Virus record (IMG/VR): IMGVR_UViG_3300025598_001677
Span: 1 to 28,278 of that record
DNA from: a virus
Taxonomy: Duplodnaviria > Caudoviricetes
DNA: 28,278 nucleotides
Strand: one strand, 5' to 3'
In this document: positions 9,672 through 18,836 of the stretch, piece by piece
Layout of the letters: every line of letters starts with the position of its first letter
Position numbering within the stretch: position 1 is the first letter of the stretch
Notes under the pieces: model-generated
What the model saw: the letters and a program-made list of their open reading frames with translations, nothing else
Databases searched by the model: none
What the model was told of the DNA's origin: nothing
Translations under genes and position numbers: made by a program

Positions 9672-12005
9672 TTAAACGGTTGGCCCACCGCCGCCCGGAG
9701 GCGGTAAGCCAGCTTTAGCCGCTGGCGGGTGTGCGTGTGTTGCGGGTTTGGCTGCCGCGGGTGGAGGCATCGGCGGGGCCATGGGTGCCATGAGTTGAGC
9801 GAGAGCCTGAGCCGCTTGCAAGTGCTCTTTGATGTGAAGCTCGATATTCAAGAGCCCTTGCGCGTTTCCGGCTGTTTTCTGCTTATACGCCGCCGCGCTG
9901 CTCAAGTAATCGCGGCAAGACTCGATCTCAAACGGATGGAAGTCGAACAAGCCCACCGGAACGCTCGATTTGAGCATGGCCGAGGGGTCCGGTGGTGGAG
10001 GTGGTGGAGGCTCCGGCAATCCCTGCGCTTTGGCCGCCATCGCCGCCGCCGCGTGTTGGATCTGCGCTTGCTGCCCTGCCGCCGCCAGTTCTTCCGGGCC
10101 GGGAGGGATAGGGGCTTGCTGCAAGAGTAAATCTATTTCCCGTTCCTGCTTCTCGTAGGCTTCGATCTGCGGAAACTCCAACTCAGGAACGCCCATGTAG
10201 CTGTTAATCGTGGCCCAGTTTTTCGGACTTTGGAAGATTTGAGCACCTACGGGAGTTTGCACCGCCATCGTAACCAGTTGCCCCACTTGAGAGCGTTTGG
10301 CCGAGGTCGATTCCGGGAAGCTGGAGTCATCGTCAACGTGCGCGTGGAAGCTGCCCTTGGCGATATCGGCCACTGAGAGCTTGGTAACGCCGTCTTCCGA
10401 TTCGACCGTTGGTTCGTCATCGAGATAGTCAGGATTCACCGCCGCGCACAAAGCCGCTTGCCGATCGGACTCCGCAAACAGGTCTACGATGTTGCCCCAG
10501 ATGATTCCAAGTTGGCCGAGGGCCGTAGCCCGCGCCTGAGCGTAACCGCTGGCGGTTTTTCCGGCTTCGTCCATGGACGCGCCCAGAATGGCCGGCACAA
10601 TCGCCAGAATGAATTGCAGCAAGTCCCCCTGCATCCATTGGGTGTGCTGAAACAGTGTTGGGGGTATCTCTGGATCAGGCTCCTGATAGAAAAGCGACTC
10701 TACCGCCGTACTCTGCGGCACGCCCTTAGCCTCACGGTAAGCGTAAGGCTCCGCGCGCTGCGAAATAATGGCGTCTAAGTCTTCCGTTTCGGCCTTGAAC
10801 CAGCGAGACGGCCATCCGTATTCTTTGACATCCCTGTACATCCGGTTGTCATTGTTGAAATCGTCCTGAATCGGTACCGCTGGTTTCATGAACGGCATTT
10901 TTGACATGCCGTCGCCAGGGTAGGGCCATTTCACCGCTATGTGATCGTCAAGACATTCTTCCCACGCGCCCGCGAACACATCGCCCACAAAGACCACGTG
11001 CGCGCCTTGCGGAAACAATTCTTTGAATTTGTCCCGGCACGTGCCGCCCTCAAACTGAGTATCAAGCGATTTATCCGCCCATGCTTGCGGCCGCAACCAT
11101 AAATGAGTGCGAGTGACCAAATGCGAGAGCGCTTCCCCGATTTTGGCTTCACTCCGGGAGCCTTGCAGCACTCCGAGACGCGCAAACCGCTCATAATTGT
11201 TCTCGCCAATGCCCGCCATGCCCGTTTGCAGCTTGTCGGCAATCTCCGGGTACTGCGCGCGCGCGTTATTGATGTTTGGATCGTCGAAAATGAAGAAATA
11301 CGGGCAGTCTTTCAGTTCTCGCGCGTAAATCGTGCATTTCGTCTCTAAAGTGCCGTGAATCGTGCGAATTTCGCGCTGATTCGGTTTCCCGGTGCGCTTG
11401 TTGATGCCGAATTTCTGTTCATCGGCTTCCGTTCGCGTCCATAGGACCGTTCGCCCCGAGACGCCCATCATGTTTACAGCTTCTTGCTGCTGCTGCTTCC
11501 AGGAATTGTGCCGTTTGAAGATAGCGCGGTACTTTTCGGCTTGATCGGCCGCATCAACGTCCTCGGGACGGTCTACGGAGTTGGGTACAAAGTCGCTGGA
11601 AGCTGGCGTTTGACTAAGAACGGCCGTGATAGCCCGGAGCGCCGGCTGAAAGATGTTGTAGACCTTCAACCGCGGCGGGCAAACATAGTTCGTGTTGTTT
11701 CCATAGTTGAAAGTCGAGCCGCTGGCGCCCACTTGGAAGTATCCCGTTCGAGGGTCCTCAAAAATGTATTGGTAGCCATCCCGGTAAAAGCGATGTTTGC
11801 GGTCCTGTAGAACTTCCTGCCGTCTGTCGAACTGCTCCTGCGCCTGAAACGTGACGGCCAAGCCCTTTAGCGCATTTACCAGCGTTTCGGGCATGTCGAT
11901 ATTACGAACGCCGTAGGGCTGAGACGCGCCGTTTTGTTCGGCTTCCGTCTGCGGAGCGTTCGCGCCGTCGATTTCTGCGGGATTTGGAAGTGTGGCGGTT
12001 GCCAT
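9672..12005 (-). CDS. Portal protein (P22-like, long)
   Basis: 777 aa, downstream of TerL and upstream of scaffold. Motifs VYNIFQP, PIQDDFN and KTASG...AR..A, with a Gln/Pro/Ala-rich C-terminus. Confidence 0.85.
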   Translation of the reverse strand: MATATLPNPAEIDGANAPQTEAEQNGASQPYGVRNIDMPETLVNALKGLAVTFQAQEQFDRRQEVLQDRKHRFYRDGYQYIFEDPRTGYFQVGASGSTFNYGNNTNYVCPPRLKVYNIFQPALRAITAVLSQTPASSDFVPNSVDRPEDVDAADQAEKYRAIFKRHNSWKQQQQEAVNMMGVSGRTVLWTRTEADEQKFGINKRTGKPNQREIRTIHGTLETKCTIYARELKDCPYFFIFDDPNINNARAQYPEIADKLQTGMAGIGENNYERFARLGVLQGSRSEAKIGEALSHLVTRTHLWLRPQAWADKSLDTQFEGGTCRDKFKELFPQGAHVVFVGDVFAGAWEECLDDHIAVKWPYPGDGMSKMPFMKPAVPIQDDFNNDNRMYRDVKEYGWPSRWFKAETEDLDAIISQRAEPYAYREAKGVPQSTAVESLFYQEPDPEIPPTLFQHTQWMQGDLLQFILAIVPAILGASMDEAGKTASGYAQARATALGQLGIIWGNIVDLFAESDRQAALCAAVNPDYLDDEPTVESEDGVTKLSVADIAKGSFHAHVDDDSSFPESTSAKRSQVGQLVTMAVQTPVGAQIFQSPKNWATINSYMGVPELEFPQIEAYEKQEREIDLLLQQAPIPPGPEELAAAGQQAQIQHAAAAMAAKAQGLPEPPPPPPPDPSAMLKSSVPVGLFDFHPFEIESCRDYLSSAAAYKQKTAGNAQGLLNIELHIKEHLQAAQALAQLMAPMAPPMPPPAAAKPATHAHPPAAKAGLPPPGGGGPTV

Positions 12006-12262
12006 TATTGAATCACTACTGGTCGTTTGTCGATTTGCTCTGCGATACGCTCGAACTGCTGTTTCTGCTGGCGGGTGGAGATGCGATCAAGGACTGCGTT
12101 CACTGCGTCGGCAAACGTGCCACAGCAAAGCGACTGTGAACCGAAGGCGTTATGAGCACCGCAGTAAGGGCAAAGCATATCGGTTGATCCCGCGCTAATC
12201 TGAGCCTCAACGAATGCCAATTTTTGCTCACCGCTCATGGGCGGGGCTTGTTCGGGGTTCAT
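12005..12262 (-). CDS. Small Cys-containing (Zn-binding) hypothetical protein
   Basis: Start re-called to ATG 12262 (MNPEQAPP), which overlaps the upstream stop. CPYC...CC motif, 85 aa. Confidence 0.65.
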   Translation of the reverse strand: MNPEQAPPMSGEQKLAFVEAQISAGSTDMLCPYCGAHNAFGSQSLCCGTFADAVNAVLDRISTRQQKQQFERIAEQIDKRPVVIQ

Positions 12263-12429
12263 TTCGCTGCCTTGAATCGGTTGGAGAGCTTGCCCTTGTT
12301 TGGGACTTTGTACGGTAGCTTCTTCGGCGTCACTGAATCCCATTCGGCCACCTTCGCAGGACCGCCCAAAGCCTTCTCCCCTTCCTTGGTGTGGCCCCAT
12401 TTCTGCTGCTGGCGACTCAGGAAGGGCAT
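12259..12429 (-). CDS. Small basic phage protein (MPFxSxxQxKW type)
   Basis: Not in the ORF track. 56 aa MPFLSRQQQKWGHTKEGEKALGGPAKVAEWDSVTPKKLPYKV..., fills the gap exactly and is coupled to both neighbours. Confidence 0.75.
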   Translation of the reverse strand: MPFLSRQQQKWGHTKEGEKALGGPAKVAEWDSVTPKKLPYKVPNKGKLSNRFKAAK

Positions 12430-12431
12430 GG

Positions 12432-12764
12432 CTACATTCCTACGCGCATGGCCGCATGGTCGCTGTATTTGTCATTCGCCATGCCAGCGGGTTCGCCGGA
12501 CTCGTGCGCCCGGATGTGGTCGGCAAGCTCTTTGTGACCCATCTTTTCGGCCATGTGAGCCATGCCTTCATGGATAGAGCCGTGCTCCTCGCCGTCTGAT
12601 GTGCTACAGGTACCGTCGCCGTGATTGCACAGCGAAAGCTCATCCATATCCTGCGGAGTCTCGCTGTCTTTCATGTCGGCGTGTTGCGTGGGTGCCGTCT
12701 CCGGTCCCTTGGTCTTCATTGGTGGAGCCGCTTTCTTGCGGCCAAAGTCTGCGATTGTGCTCAT
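12432..12764 (-). CDS. His/acidic-rich hypothetical protein
   Basis: 110 aa, GAGG RBS, ATGA overlap with the upstream gene. Confidence 0.65.
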   Translation of the reverse strand: MSTIADFGRKKAAPPMKTKGPETAPTQHADMKDSETPQDMDELSLCNHGDGTCSTSDGEEHGSIHEGMAHMAEKMGHKELADHIRAHESGEPAGMANDKYSDHAAMRVGM

Positions 12765-13054
12765 GATGTCCTCAATTCTTGGGCTAACTGCGCCATTTGC
12801 TCTTCAAACTCGGAAAATGTTCTGGTGCGGACTACTCTTGGAGGCTCGTTTAGCTTCTGCTGGGTCTGCTGTTTGGTAAGTTTCTGCTCAAGGTCGAAGA
12901 TGGACTTTTCGCACCGTTCGTATTCGGCCTTAAATAAGTCATCAATTTGGGCATAGAGTTTTTTGATTTCCAGCACGCGCTTTTCCAATTCCTTTTCGTA
13001 TTCGGCCTTGGTAACGTACCTCTTGTCCAGCCATTTTAGGAATGCTTCTACCAT
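12761..13054 (-). CDS. Coiled-coil hypothetical protein
   Basis: 97 aa, GAGGT RBS inside the end of TerL. Confidence 0.65.
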   Translation of the reverse strand: MVEAFLKWLDKRYVTKAEYEKELEKRVLEIKKLYAQIDDLFKAEYERCEKSIFDLEQKLTKQQTQQKLNEPPRVVRTRTFSEFEEQMAQLAQELRTS

Positions 13055-14670
13055 GGAGACCTCACCCGCGTCGTTACTTTCTTTTCCCGCTCATTGAAGA
13101 TCCTGAGGGCCATGACTTTAGCGTTCACATCGCCCGGAGTCACATCCCAGACTTCTTTTTGGCGAACCTCAATAGGTGCTTTCCGGTGCGGATTCATCAT
13201 GCTCTTGATGCCGTATCTCAGGCAGTCCGCCACGTCATCGGCTACGGTATCTTGCTTTTCAACGTCCTCTGTTTTCTTTGGATCGTGGACAAGCATGGGA
13301 ATGGCCGAGATTGTTTCTACGCAATTTGCACTAATCAGGAGCAATGGAAAACCAGATAAAGCGGTTTCACGTGAAACAGATTTTCCGATGACTTGGCAAG
13401 TTTGACGGAAACAGTTATACATGAACCGCCATCCTCCAATTCTGTCGTCGTCTGCGGGCCATGCTTTCGGTAAGCCGTGCATTGTAAAGACTTCATCCAT
13501 CTGTTCTGCAATGGTTCGGGCACTTCCCCGTTTAGCGAAGGCGTCAGGGCTAAGAAAGTGTGCCTTGATTTGCTTGATTTCGTCTTCTGGCGTTCGCGCC
13601 ACGCATTCAAGGGCCAAATCGGGCTCACCAACGCCTTGCGCCACGTGTTCGCGCTTGACAATGACAACATCCAAGGGGTAATCCGAGATGGTCCCAAAGT
13701 ATTCACGAAGCTGATCGGGGCCGAGCTTGCCGCTTGCGTACCAGTGCTGGCAAGCCCAATGCTTGAAACCCCAGTCCATCGAGGTCCAGTGCTTCCACCA
13801 CGGCTGTACAATCCGTTGCGTGTCGGAGGCAGTGATAACACATTTTGACTCATCCCAAACGCCTGAGAAATACTGACCGGCAAAGTTATCGAACCGTCCT
13901 AGAAGCTCTCCGAGCCTCAGATATTCCGGTAAGGCGTTCATTTTCCGGCCTTCCGAGGTTTCGCTTATGAAGAGATCGAAGCGTTTCTCTGAAGGCAGAG
14001 AGTAGAACGTCTTTACGTCTACGTTGCACTCGCCTCTGAACCATTCGTAGTTATCCCACCCGTAAGCCTGAATGAAAGCGTACTCGTGGGGCTGCTCTTT
14101 GCCTTGGTATTGCTTGAGCCAGAAAACGCGCCGTAAGAACGCAGTGCCCGCGCCGCCAGGGTTAAAGCCGAGAATGGTTTTGACCGCGCCAGGAGCCGCC
14201 CCAGGCCATCGGTTAGGGGTGTGAAGCAAGATAAGCTGCTGCTCTGTAAACTGTTCGGCTTGGTCAATCGCCAGGTCAAAGGCTTCCGGGCCGCGCGCGA
14301 CTTGTTCAATTTCCTTGAGAGTGTCGCCATACTTGAACGCAAGGCGTGAGCCATTCGGGAAACGAAACTCTTTCCGGCCATCGTGGTAAAACTGACTGAT
14401 CTGCGGAAACTCCAGTTTGTACTTTTCGATGAAAGTCTCAACAATGTCGCCCCAGTTGCGACGAATGATAAAACCCGTTGTGCCGGGGTTCTCGAATCGC
14501 CGCTGAAGCATGACGCGCCGGATACCGCCAGTCTTGGCGCCGCCGCGGGCTCCACCGAAACCAATCCAGGTAGCAACCTTCGGCCCAGTCGCACGCATAA
14601 GCCGTAGCAGTTGTTCCTGCTTAGGCTGTAAGGCGATGTCAAGCGCGAAGGCATCTGATACTTTTGCCAC
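13048..14670 (-). CDS. terL: Terminase large subunit
   Basis: Walker A-like GGARGGAKT, Walker B-like LAIDQAEQF, coupling motif GFNPGG, and RNase H-like nuclease motifs SMDWGF, SPDAF and DDVADCLRY. Confidence 0.93.
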   Translation of the reverse strand: MAKVSDAFALDIALQPKQEQLLRLMRATGPKVATWIGFGGARGGAKTGGIRRVMLQRRFENPGTTGFIIRRNWGDIVETFIEKYKLEFPQISQFYHDGRKEFRFPNGSRLAFKYGDTLKEIEQVARGPEAFDLAIDQAEQFTEQQLILLHTPNRWPGAAPGAVKTILGFNPGGAGTAFLRRVFWLKQYQGKEQPHEYAFIQAYGWDNYEWFRGECNVDVKTFYSLPSEKRFDLFISETSEGRKMNALPEYLRLGELLGRFDNFAGQYFSGVWDESKCVITASDTQRIVQPWWKHWTSMDWGFKHWACQHWYASGKLGPDQLREYFGTISDYPLDVVIVKREHVAQGVGEPDLALECVARTPEDEIKQIKAHFLSPDAFAKRGSARTIAEQMDEVFTMHGLPKAWPADDDRIGGWRFMYNCFRQTCQVIGKSVSRETALSGFPLLLISANCVETISAIPMLVHDPKKTEDVEKQDTVADDVADCLRYGIKSMMNPHRKAPIEVRQKEVWDVTPGDVNAKVMALRIFNEREKKVTTRVRSPW

Positions 14671-14673
14671 ACA

Positions 14674-15033
14674 TTAGCCGCCAACGATGCCGGTGAACGT
14701 GCCGCCGGCGGAATACGAAGGGACGCCAAAGCGGTAGAACAGCGACGAACCCGCATCCGTGTAGGTATCGTTCTGAAGATTCGAGCCGCTGTAAACGGTG
14801 TTGGCCGCTGCCCATCCTGCGGTAGTGTCGCTCATCGCCGCCTGAATGATGACAGTAGCCGTGGGAGCCGCTGCGAAGTTGTAAGAGAAGGTGATGTTCT
14901 TTGTACCCGCGCCAGTGATGGCAGTTCGCGCCATGGCTTGGCTGAACCAGCCACTAGCCACCGTCTCCGCACTTGCCAGTGTCGCCACATCGCCCGGATA
15001 AACCGCCGCTGCCGTTCCTACTGAATAAGGCAT
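14674..15033 (-). CDS. Small beta-rich protein, possible virion decoration/accessory protein
   Basis: 119 aa, Ala/Thr/Gly/Ser-rich, AGGAG RBS, lies between TerS and TerL. Confidence 0.6.
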   Translation of the reverse strand: MPYSVGTAAAVYPGDVATLASAETVASGWFSQAMARTAITGAGTKNITFSYNFAAAPTATVIIQAAMSDTTAGWAAANTVYSGSNLQNDTYTDAGSSLFYRFGVPSYSAGGTFTGIVGG

Positions 15034-15410
15034 TCATCGTCTCCTTTTTCGTCAATCACTGATCGCACCGTTACCTTGATGCCCTTCGAGGCCGATTCGT
15101 CCACCTGTGCCGGGGGCTTGTCGGAGTAGAGCGCGTTACGCTTGGCAACCTTCCACTTGATCCAGTTCACCCGCTCTCTCACCACGTGAATCGTGTAGGG
15201 TGTGGCCTTGGCAAGCATCTCTTCGGCCTTGTGTAAGTCGCTCTCTACGCCGATCTTGCAGGCGTCGTAATAGGCCGAGTGAAACTGACGATCCTTTTGC
15301 AGTCGCCGCCAGATGGCCTTTTTGTCAGTTCCGGCCGCTATCGTGGCTTCTACCGCCGATGCCCCATCAAGCAAGGCATCGAAAAAAATCTCTTCCTGCT
15401 CTGGCGTCAC
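15018..15410 (-). CDS. terS: Terminase small subunit (Sf6 gp1-like)
   Basis: 130 aa. HTH-like N-terminus (L.DGAS...A...G....IW..L.KD..F...Y..A) and R.RV...KW...K....YSDK motif, upstream of TerL. Confidence 0.8.
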   Translation of the reverse strand: MTPEQEEIFFDALLDGASAVEATIAAGTDKKAIWRRLQKDRQFHSAYYDACKIGVESDLHKAEEMLAKATPYTIHVVRERVNWIKWKVAKRNALYSDKPPAQVDESASKGIKVTVRSVIDEKGDDECLIQ

Positions 15411-15532
15411 TGCCCGATAGCCTCACTCACAAACCAAACCATCGCTACCACCACCAAGGCCGCAATCGCCGTGATGATGACGCCCTCCCAGGCCACCAGC
15501 CGCTCATCAGCCTTCTTGTCTTGGTCGCTCAT
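15407..15532 (-). CDS. 41-aa single-TM membrane protein (lysis-associated?)
   Basis: Start re-called to ATG 15532, overlapping the endolysin stop. Hydrophobic segment VIITAIAALVVVAMVWFV. Confidence 0.6.
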   Translation of the reverse strand: MSDQDKKADERLVAWEGVIITAIAALVVVAMVWFVSEAIGQ

Positions 15533-15930
15533 ACAGCCAGCAAAGCTACTTCCAAATTCCTGCGACTCAACAGGCCCGGCAACACATTGCCTCTGGCGTC
15601 TCGCGTGTGCCGTGGGTTGTCTATGCGATCCTGCCCCGCTAACACCTTGCCGAGAGCCCCAACGCCGCAATTAAAGCCAAATGAGGCGTAAGCTAGCACC
15701 TTGCCCGACGTCGTAACTCCCGCCTTGTCGAGTGCTGCGAAGATCGGCGCTAAATCCTGCTTCAAGAGGTCCATCGCTTGCGCTATCGTCACGTGGCTAC
15801 CTTCGATCACGTTTCCGGTGTGGCCTACGCCGATTGTCACCACGCCGCCAGTGTCCCTGTATCCTGTGAGGCGGACGCCCTCAATCTGCATGATGAGAGA
15901 CGCCGCTGCGGTCTGGAGGGCGGGGGTCAT
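15529..15930 (-). CDS. Endolysin, GH24 (T4/P21-like) lysozyme
   Basis: EG-x7-D-x5-TIGVGH catalytic triad (E-x8-D-x5-T), SFGFNCG and C-terminal LPGL.SRR..E. Confidence 0.92.
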   Translation of the reverse strand: MTPALQTAAASLIMQIEGVRLTGYRDTGGVVTIGVGHTGNVIEGSHVTIAQAMDLLKQDLAPIFAALDKAGVTTSGKVLAYASFGFNCGVGALGKVLAGQDRIDNPRHTRDARGNVLPGLLSRRNLEVALLAV

Positions 15931-15935
15931 TTAAG

Positions 15936-18836
15936 TTATTGCTTGCATATCCAGTCAATATCAATCGTGGCACCTGAAACCGTGACTGCGGATGTGATTG
16001 TAAATGAAGTGGTCGTCGGTGTACCGTGCCCAACTCCAAAGAACGTGCTGCCTCCGTCTACGGATACCGTGCAACTGGTTGGAGCTACCGTCAACGCTGG
16101 GTAATTGACCGTGGCAATAGTGCCAGTAGTGGCTGTCCCACCGACGATTTCCACGCTTCCGCCGAGCGCGTTGCACGACGAGCTAATACAAGTAGCCGAA
16201 GTCACGTTAGTGCCCGGGGTGAATGTCACGGATGCATTGCTGACCGGTGCTGTGCGGTTGATCGCAGCTTGTACTTGCTGCACCATTTGCAGATACCCCT
16301 GCGCTGATGGATGTAGGTTAGTTGCACTTGAATTTTCCTGCCAACAGCTAACGCCTCCGCATTGACTGTTGCTTCTTGCCGCACCGTCCGTACAAAGAGA
16401 AGAAAAGGCGGTCCCACTATTTGCCGAAGCTAGGTAGTTATTGGCGCTGCATGTATCGGCAATTTGATCAGCCCAGGGCCACTGTTGCTGAGTCAGGAGG
16501 ACATTAAAGGCGTCCTTGATCGTGTCGAACATCACGACGTTGGTAATCGTGGTTGCTGCCGCCGAATAAGTCCCGGCGCTCACGCCCGACGTCGTAAAGG
16601 TGAAACTTGTCGGACTCGTTACCGTCACGGTGTACGTGCCATTCAGGGAAGCGTTTCCGCTATTCGCTACGGTGATACTTGCGCCCGTGCTCATGCCGTG
16701 TTTTATGAATGTCGTCACCGAGGCTAGATTGGCGTTGACGACAATATTCCCGGGACCCGGATTGCCTGAAATCATCGGAAGGGCTACCGTTTTAAAGCCA
16801 GCCGCCTTCCAAGCGCCAAACATTTTGGCATTGAGACCAAGTATGTAATTTGCACATGCCGCCGTAGTCGTGAACTGGCCGCATCCACTTGTACTGTTTA
16901 CGTCGTTGACTCCGATCATGCCGACAAACACGTTTTGGGAGCTTCCCGGCTGATATACAGACGGCAAGCCACCGGCCTGACCCCTGTTGCTAATAGTCGC
17001 AGCCACCCCACCGCTGATTGCCAAAATGCGCTGTGTAGTGAATGTATTAGCTGTTGGGTAGGTTCCGTTTATGATGATCGCCGCGTAGGTGCTAGAGGGT
17101 ATAAAATTTCCCTCCGTCTGGGAATCGCCGTCGAACACTAATTGATTACCTGTCAAGGTATTGAATGGCGATTGACCCAAACTCACTCCCTTCGTTTGCG
17201 CCAACCATGTTTTTACATTGTTGTAAATCTGCGCGATCTCTTCAGCGGTTTTTTGGACGTTGTAAACCGCCGTGAAGTAAACGTTTACCGGGTAGACCGT
17301 GCTTGTCACCTGGGCCAGATAAATACCCATGCTGCTATCCGCTCCAATTTCTGGAGTTGCGGCTGATAGTCCCGCCCGACTCACGCCAGCCGATGAAGTT
17401 GGCGGAATATTGCCAGAGTTGTAGTATCCATACTCGGCGCCATTTACGTAAACTCGATCTTGCGTTCCCGCCCCCATCACGACGGAAACCATTTGTGCCC
17501 CCGTGGGCAGTTGCGGTTGAGAAATAGCCAAGCACGCCGTAGTGTCCGGTGTGCCGGAAGCGCCAAACCACCATGCCGCCCTCACATTCGCTTTCGCGTT
17601 GTTGACTCCCGCGCCATTCGCACAATTGCTTGTGACGAGCATCTTTGGCCCAAGCGCCGCCGATGACCCAAAGAACGGTTTATCAATGTATGCGTTGGTG
17701 CTTTCCGGCGGCACGTCAGCTACCACGATTACGGTTTGCATCGTCCCGGTGAGCGCTGCGGGCATCGTGACGTATTGGGACTGACTTGCGTAAGGGACTA
17801 GCCGCAAGCCCACTGGCGAGGTGTTCGGCGTGGCTGTACTTTGCGTTCCTGTGATGGTTCCGTTATTCGCGTTCCCGCTGATGTCGGAAATTGTGAGCAA
17901 GTCGGTTGTTGAGGCATACGTGTTCACTGCACTCCCGCTGTTCACCTGTGCACCCCAAATCAGCACGCTATTCGTGCCATTCCCGGCGTAACTGATAGTC
18001 CCGTTGGCGCTAGCCATGTCGAAGATGATTTGCGCCGAAGTCGCCACCGTATAGGTGATAGCCACCCTACACCAGCCATTTGCAGCCGTTGTCGCACTCC
18101 TGGCTACAACATAAGCAGTCCCGCCCGACCCGCCCGTTAGGTTACCTGTCACGCAAGCCTGGAAATCAAAATACGATATCGAAAACGCAGACCCGTCATC
18201 TACTTCTAGGGCGAACCAATTGCGCGTATTGGCCTTTCCGTATAGGGATAGCGTAAAAGTTTCGCCTGGAGAAAACGACGCGCCAGGAGCAGCTAAAGAA
18301 GTCGATCCCGGGGCAATATAGTGAGCACCTGTAAACGCCGCTTCCACCAATTCGCTGCCCGTGTTGGTGCCGTCCGGGGCAGTGCAGGAAACCGAACACG
18401 TGCCAGCAGCAGCAACAGAAGAATGAGTCACTGTCCAATAAGATGAGGTGCTGAAAGTCTGCGAGTATTTGACGTAATTGGGCCAAGAATACACGTATTC
18501 GGCAGACAGTCCTGCTGTGGGGATATTGGGTCCTGTGGGGTTAAGGGTTACCAAACTGCTCGGTGCAATCCCGCTATCCGCCCCATTCCCCGCGCCGTTG
18601 CCTGAGATCAGGTTTGTAGTAGCCGGGATGGTCGCACCACCACCGCCGCCAGCTACCGCCGCCCATGTCCCCGACTGGCACGTGTAGATGGTGCCGCTTG
18701 GTCCCACCAACTTGCCTTGGTTGGCGCTGCAAACGCCGCTGGGGACGGTAGTAGTCGGGCATATTGCGCTAGTGCATGGCGACTGCCCTAATGCCAGAGA
18801 CGCGCCGAGCGCCAGAGAGAGGAGAATGGCTTTCAT
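15936..18836 (-). CDS. Large multidomain protein: signal peptide, LamG/ConA-like, head-spike-type carbohydrate-binding domain and SGNH hydrolase
   Basis: N-terminus MKAILLSLALGASLALG. GL.AEY...D.SGNANNG is LamG-like. APDGT, NGWCR and IWGAQV mark a spike-type domain. SGNH blocks GDSQT, AISG, GVND and LHPS..GY. Confidence 0.75.
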   Translation of the reverse strand: MKAILLSLALGASLALGQSPCTSAICPTTTVPSGVCSANQGKLVGPSGTIYTCQSGTWAAVAGGGGGATIPATTNLISGNGAGNGADSGIAPSSLVTLNPTGPNIPTAGLSAEYVYSWPNYVKYSQTFSTSSYWTVTHSSVAAAGTCSVSCTAPDGTNTGSELVEAAFTGAHYIAPGSTSLAAPGASFSPGETFTLSLYGKANTRNWFALEVDDGSAFSISYFDFQACVTGNLTGGSGGTAYVVARSATTAANGWCRVAITYTVATSAQIIFDMASANGTISYAGNGTNSVLIWGAQVNSGSAVNTYASTTDLLTISDISGNANNGTITGTQSTATPNTSPVGLRLVPYASQSQYVTMPAALTGTMQTVIVVADVPPESTNAYIDKPFFGSSAALGPKMLVTSNCANGAGVNNAKANVRAAWWFGASGTPDTTACLAISQPQLPTGAQMVSVVMGAGTQDRVYVNGAEYGYYNSGNIPPTSSAGVSRAGLSAATPEIGADSSMGIYLAQVTSTVYPVNVYFTAVYNVQKTAEEIAQIYNNVKTWLAQTKGVSLGQSPFNTLTGNQLVFDGDSQTEGNFIPSSTYAAIIINGTYPTANTFTTQRILAISGGVAATISNRGQAGGLPSVYQPGSSQNVFVGMIGVNDVNSTSGCGQFTTTAACANYILGLNAKMFGAWKAAGFKTVALPMISGNPGPGNIVVNANLASVTTFIKHGMSTGASITVANSGNASLNGTYTVTVTSPTSFTFTTSGVSAGTYSAAATTITNVVMFDTIKDAFNVLLTQQQWPWADQIADTCSANNYLASANSGTAFSSLCTDGAARSNSQCGGVSCWQENSSATNLHPSAQGYLQMVQQVQAAINRTAPVSNASVTFTPGTNVTSATCISSSCNALGGSVEIVGGTATTGTIATVNYPALTVAPTSCTVSVDGGSTFFGVGHGTPTTTSFTITSAVTVSGATIDIDWICKQ

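Noticed and set aside
12917-13008. 15-nt direct repeat TTCGTATTCGGCCTT
   Set aside because: Both copies encode KAEYE in the same coiled-coil protein, so this is an internal duplication and not a regulatory or att site.
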